Origin: Thermoplasmata archaeon | Lineage (GTDB): Archaea > Thermoplasmatota > Thermoplasmata > Lutacidiplasmatales > UBA184 | Reading direction: 5' to 3' | Assembly (NCBI GenBank): GCA_028864975.1 | Contig: JAGWLG010000008.1 | Span: 55,884-119,883, forward strand | Length of the DNA stretch: 64,000 bases | In this document: piece by piece, positions 59,828 to 64,000 of the stretch | How positions within the stretch are numbered: position 1 is the stretch's first letter | How the letters are laid out: each line of letters opens with the position of its first letter | Position numbers and translations under genes: made by a program | The notes under the pieces: model-generated | The model's database searches: none | What the model was told of the DNA's origin: nothing | What the model saw: the letters and a program-made list of their open reading frames with translations, nothing else

Positions 59828-61529
59828 CTAGGCGACCTTGAACGTCTGGAGAAGGGGCCACAGCCTCTCGATGGCGGCTCTGGTCCTCGTCTGGACGTCC
59901 AACACGAGCCCTCCCTTCTGGCTCTCGGCCACGGCCTCGTCGATGATGGCCATGACCTTGGCGAACTCCTCCGGCGTCGTCATCCGCTCCGGGTAGCTCC
60001 ACTTGTTGTTCTCCATGAACCCGATGAAGCCCCCGCTGTCGCCGATGGGGAACGTTCCGCGGCTGAACTCGACGTGCCTCCAGTACCACCCGATGTAGGG
60101 TAGGCGCTTGCCGTGCTCCTTCCCGTTCGCTACCGTTGGGTCAACCGGTTCCTCGCGGAGGGCGGAGTCCTCGTCACGGTAGTCGGCCAGGTCCGACAGG
60201 AACCGGTTGTACTGCCCATCGAGGATGGACGCCTCTAGCTGGCCCCGGGGCATCCCGGCGAGCTTCTTCTTCCGCTCGGCGTACGTCCCATGCACCGTCC
60301 AGTAGACGTTGGTGTCGTACCACTGGGGCGCCTGCGCCGCCGCCTCACTCGTTGCTTGTTCTTGTTCGCTCATCGCTTCCCCACGACTCGCGTTCTCACG
60401 CCGCCGGGCTCAGCCGGCGCCGTGCCCCCTGATGCTCGTGGCGTCGGTCCCCCAGTAGGCCTGCGCCTGGTAGCGTCCCCAGTAGGGGCTCCGCCACCGC
60501 GGCTTGGACGGCAGCGTGTCCGGGAGGCGCCTGAGCTTCTCGCGCTGCTCCTCCATCTTCCTCCACCGCGCCGTCCGCTCCGAGCCTTCGAGTGTCTCCC
60601 CGAAGACCGCCAGGTAGGTCCACCGCTCGCCTTCGGTCAGCCGCTTCTCCATCGCCAGGACCCGTTCGCGCGCCTGGTGGTAGTCACGACTCGCCTTCTC
60701 CCACTCCTCTCGCGCCTCGGCGATTTCCGCGGGGTCGTACCTGGTGATGTCGAGCTTCCTCCGGGCGTCGTCCATGACCCGCTTGTCGATGGCCAGGTCG
60801 TTCCGGGCCGCGATGAGCCGGTCCACCAGCGTCACCTTGGCCTTCCTCTTCCTTCCGTTCTTCCTCTCGTTCATGGCTTCACCTTCACCGCCTCTTTCGT
60901 GAACCAGATGAGGCGGTACCTCTCGTTGTCGTGGTACTCGCGCGCCGGGAACCCGCCAGGGCGCACCTCGTTGCATGCGTTCTCCGGCCCGACCGGGGAG
61001 ATGTCCTCCAGGGTGGCGTTCTGTCCCCAGATGGCGTTCTGCTTGTCGCCCAGGTGGTACCCGCAGACCACCGTCGCGTAGGCCTCGAACGGACCTCCGG
61101 TCTTGAAGCTCAAGAGTCCCCCTTCTTCCCCTCGGCCTTCGTCATGCTCTCGTGCAGCGTTGGACCCCGTGAGCCCACCAGTTCCCCGCCGCTGATGGCG
61201 CGCTCGATGACCTTGTAGTCCGCGTCGAACCAGTGACCCACGTCGCCCCTCGGGACACCGGGACCGGTCACCGTGTTCCCGCCCTTGTCCTTGTACTTCG
61301 TCGGGATGAGCCGCATCCGGCGCATCAGGAAGTCCCGGCGCTTCTCCGAGTCCCACCCTGGAAGCGCGTCGCGCTGGTCTCCGTTCATCGAGACCTGGAA
61401 GAAGTCGGCCATCAGCGTGTAGCGCTTCGTGAGCTTGGTGATGCCCTCGGCCACGCCGGTCGCCTTCTTCGACACCGTAACCTTGTCGTCGTCGCTCGCC
61501 TTCTCGTCCTTGCTCTTCTTCCCCGTCAT
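59828..61529 (-). other. Hypothetical ORFs (59828-60373, 60410-60874 coiled coil, about 60871-61110, 61110-61529)
   Basis: Coupled ORFs with coding bias. Confidence 0.6.
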
Positions 61530-61536
61530 CGTTGCG

Positions 61537-61776
61537 TCACTTCCCCTTCGCCGCCACCGCCGCCGCAGGTCTCGGCTCCTCGCTCTCCTTGGGCTTCCAG
61601 CCGTGCTTGCCCATCTGCTCGCGCAGAGAAGACCGGACCGCGTCGGACATGGACACGAACTTCCCGTGCTCCTTCAGCCACTGGGCGAAGTCGTACTCGT
61701 TACGAGTGACCCAGAGATTGAGCGGCACCAGCCCCCGGGCGCGATAGCGCTTGTAGGGATTCACCTTCGAGGGCAT
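61537..61776 (-). CDS. Ribbon-helix-helix transcription regulator
   Basis: LNLWVTRNEYDFAQWLKEHGKFVSMSDAVRSSLRE. Confidence 0.8.
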   Translation of the reverse strand: MPSKVNPYKRYRARGLVPLNLWVTRNEYDFAQWLKEHGKFVSMSDAVRSSLREQMGKHGWKPKESEEPRPAAAVAAKGK

Positions 61777-61788
61777 GCGTCCTCGTAG

Positions 61789-61830
61789 AGGGGTAATAGA
61801 ATAAGTAGTACTCGGTCCCGAAGGATTTAT
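61789..61830 (-). promoter_or_regulatory. AT-rich promoter with TTCTATTACCCCT motif before RHH gene
   Basis: ATAAAT 61830-61825 and motif 61801-61789 on minus strand. Confidence 0.6.
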
Positions 61831-61853
61831 CCCCCGGGACCGGGCACCCCCCC

Positions 61854-63356
61854 TCAGACCCTGTCCAGCAGGCCGAAGAGCCGGTCCAGCGTCCGCTCCA
61901 CGACGTACGTCCCCGCGATGACCACGTCGCAGGCCAGGTCCCGGGCCGAGTTCACCGCCTTCTGCGCGTCCAGCGCTACGGCCTGCGCCTCCCTGGTCAG
62001 CGCCAGCACGTCCTTCAGCGTCGCCCGCACCACCGGCATCCCCGCCCGTCGCTCGCTCGCGGCCGGTCGCTCCGTCGTCGTCGCTCTCTCCCCTTCGTTC
62101 GTCCTCTGTCTCTTCTTCGTCGGCATGTTCGCTCTCACTCCTCGTTCTTCTGTCGTTGTCGTGTCAGCCAGTCGTTGAAGGCCGGGCCGACCATCTCGAC
62201 ATAGTTCGCCGGGTCGAGAAGGTGCCCGGTCGGTGTCCCCAAACCGCGGTCCACCTTCGCGCCCAGGAAACCCTGGTTGAACCCGACCGCGAACTTCGCC
62301 GCCATCTCGCCGTACCTCTTTCCTGCTCTGTGCTCTATCTCCTCGGTCATCGTCGTCCCTCTAGTCCGCTTGCTCCGGGTGCGTCCGCTCCAGGCATTCC
62401 TTGTTCCACCAGGAACCGACGTTGTCGGGCACCCCCGGCGCCGTGCTCAGGAACCCGGCGCTGACGTTCAACGGGTGGTTCTTCGTCTCCGCCTTCCCGC
62501 ATCCTCGGCACCGGTACGCCTTCCACCTCTCCCTGAACTCCTCCTCCGGCGTCGGAGGCTTCTTCACCTGCGCCATCTCCGGCGGCCAAATCTTCCGGTG
62601 CTTCTTCGCGTTGAAGTACGGCATCCCGAAGAGGCCCCCCTCCGGTCCAATCGAGTAGCAGTAGGCCTCCGGCTTCCCCGGCTCCACGAATGCCCCGCGG
62701 CATTCAAGACAGTAGATGTAGACGTGGTCCAGGCAGCGCATCGCACGGTGGGTCTCGGCGTCGCAGGAGCACTGGAGACAGCGGCCCACCTGCCTTCACC
62801 TCCCCACGAGTGGGGCGATTGCCGAGCGGGACAGTTCGCGGCACTCCAGGAGCACGAATCTGTTCTCCCGGGTCACCTGTAACGTCGGCTTCCCCGGCAG
62901 ACCCACGGACCAGTCATCCAGTTGCTCTGCGGTGGACCTGTCGTCCAACACTCGTCCGTCGAGCCGCCCGGACGCTTCGTGCTCTCCGAGCATGCTCAGC
63001 ACCAGATGGAGGTCCTCGTGCTTCAGGATGGTGGCGAGCGCAGTGACCTCCACGCCCTGTTCCCGGTAGAGTTCCCAGTGGGAGTGTTCACGCAGGATGA
63101 CGAGTCCCTTGACCGGACGGAAGACCTCCGCCATGATGTCGATACCGGTCGTCGGGTGAACACGTCTGCGGCTTATCGACACCGCTCGGTTCCATTCCCC
63201 CGGACTCGTCGTCTCGTACTTCGCTATGGCGGACTCCACCTCATCGACCTGCTGGTCATAGCTGCCCATGTAGGAGAAGTCGTTCCAGATGTCACCGCTG
63301 GGCAGGTTAAACCATCTCGAAAATGCTTCCTGCAACCTGCGTACCCTGGTATCCAT
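61854..63356 (-). other. Hypothetical ORFs (61854-62126, 62135-62350, 62361-62789 Zn finger, 62796-63356)
   Basis: Coding bias, CxxC motifs. Confidence 0.55.
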
Positions 63357-64000
63357 TCGGCCCGTCCTTCCGGAGATTCTCCAGCGTGAAGACCGCATCC
63401 GAGAGGTCCTTCAAGACCTGCGCCACCCCGGGAATCACCGCGATGCTCACCAGCTTCACTTTCTTCCCGACCCGCCACTCCTTGTAATCGCGCGCCCAAA
63501 GCTCCTCGACCTGGCAAAAACCATCTGTGACCATCAGGACGTCGGCGCGCTCGCCCTGCTTCTCTTCGTCGATGATGCGCCGCGCGTAGTCGAGTGGGCG
63601 CTGGAACGAGGTGCCTCCTCCCTCAAAGTACTCCGCGCACTCCATGACGGCCTCCTGGATGGGACCGTTGTAGAGCTTTTCCGTCGTGCACTTGTCCTTC
63701 GTGTCCCGCTGCTTGTACGCGGGTGGAGGAGCTTTCGTCGGCTGCGTGAAGTGCCACGCCACGATGGGGTCCGAGTCGTCCCCGAAGAACGCGATGTGCG
63801 CGGAACGGTCCTGACTTCTTGCGATGTCCACGATGGCGAGCGCCAAGGCCTTCGCCCAAAGCTCCGGCTCTCCGCCCATCGAACCGGACGTGTCCACCAT
63901 TACCACAATCGGACCCTTCCCGACCTTCTCCTCCCCCTCCAGCTTGTACTGTAGGAGTTGGCGCTCGGCGAACCGGCGCAGGAAGTCCACCTCCAAGTCC
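63307..64000 (-). CDS. von Willebrand factor A domain protein (ViaA/YehP-like), 5' end outside window
   Basis: MIDAS VMVDTSGSMGG, GGTSF, VLMVTDG. Confidence 0.88.
   Translation of the reverse strand, partial: DLEVDFLRRFAERQLLQYKLEGEEKVGKGPIVVMVDTSGSMGGEPELWAKALALAIVDIARSQDRSAHIAFFGDDSDPIVAWHFTQPTKAPPPAYKQRDTKDKCTTEKLYNGPIQEAVMECAEYFEGGGTSFQRPLDYARRIIDEEKQGERADVLMVTDGFCQVEELWARDYKEWRVGKKVKLVSIAVIPGVAQVLKDLSDAVFTLENLRKDGPNGYQGTQVAGSIFEMV

Larger units (their letters stand above)
1..64000. mobile_element. Fragment of a large archaeal virus/provirus genome (no recognisable head-tail hallmark genes in window)
   Basis: Dense, translationally coupled small ORFs, many CxxC proteins, fibre-like repeat proteins, tyrosine recombinase, orphan MTases, DUF5131, DUF1643, NADAR, MazG; no housekeeping genes; archaeal promoter/RBS signals. 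Confidence 0.85.

Noticed and set aside
42208-60373. Frequent MSE/MSD N-termini as a special signal
   Set aside because: Largely explained by ATGA/GTGA stop-start coupling and common archaeal N-terminal usage
1-64000. CRISPR array or cas genes
   Set aside because: No regularly spaced repeat-spacer units; repeats found are coding modules or pairs
1-64000. Terminase, portal, HK97 capsid, DNA polymerase, primase
   Set aside because: No diagnostic motifs recognised; the only Walker A/B ATPase seen is HerA/DUF87-type

Overview
GC-rich (roughly two-thirds by eye, not computed) 64-kb fragment of a large archaeal virus or proviral element; no host housekeeping genes, rRNA or CRISPR array are visible. 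Archaeal affinity rests on a geranylgeranyl-reductase gene, TATA-like promoters, GGAGG/GGTGA ribosome-binding sites, a CCA-less tRNA, ribbon-helix-helix regulators and a glycosylated PKD-type surface protein (Thermoplasmata-like host is an inference). Layout: (i) 1-2.0 kb RelE-like toxin end and a minus-strand GGR / membrane protein / HAD operon; (ii) 2.1-16.6 kb plus-strand putative virion module: candidate major virion protein with terminator, two mosaic paralogous fibre proteins, an array of Cys-clamped helical paralogs, membrane proteins, tRNA-Ala(GGC); (iii) 16.6-23.3 kb DNA methyltransferase, minimal tyrosine recombinase, DUF1643 and many small Zn-finger ORFs; (iv) 23.2-64 kb mostly minus-strand, tightly coupled accessory/early genes: RNase H-like, J-domain, more methyltransferases, NADAR, ART-fold protein, DUF5131, ASCH, two MazG-like proteins, HerA/DUF87 ATPase, wHTH-Rep-like protein, PKD surface protein, DUF6744-like and vWA proteins. 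No terminase, portal or HK97 capsid was recognised. Non-coding signals found by eye: two families of repeated promoter-proximal motifs, four strongly base-paired intergenic elements, and short repeats that look like gene-shuffling junctions. All family calls come from motif recognition, not database searches; many long ORFs in the supplied track are antisense shadows.
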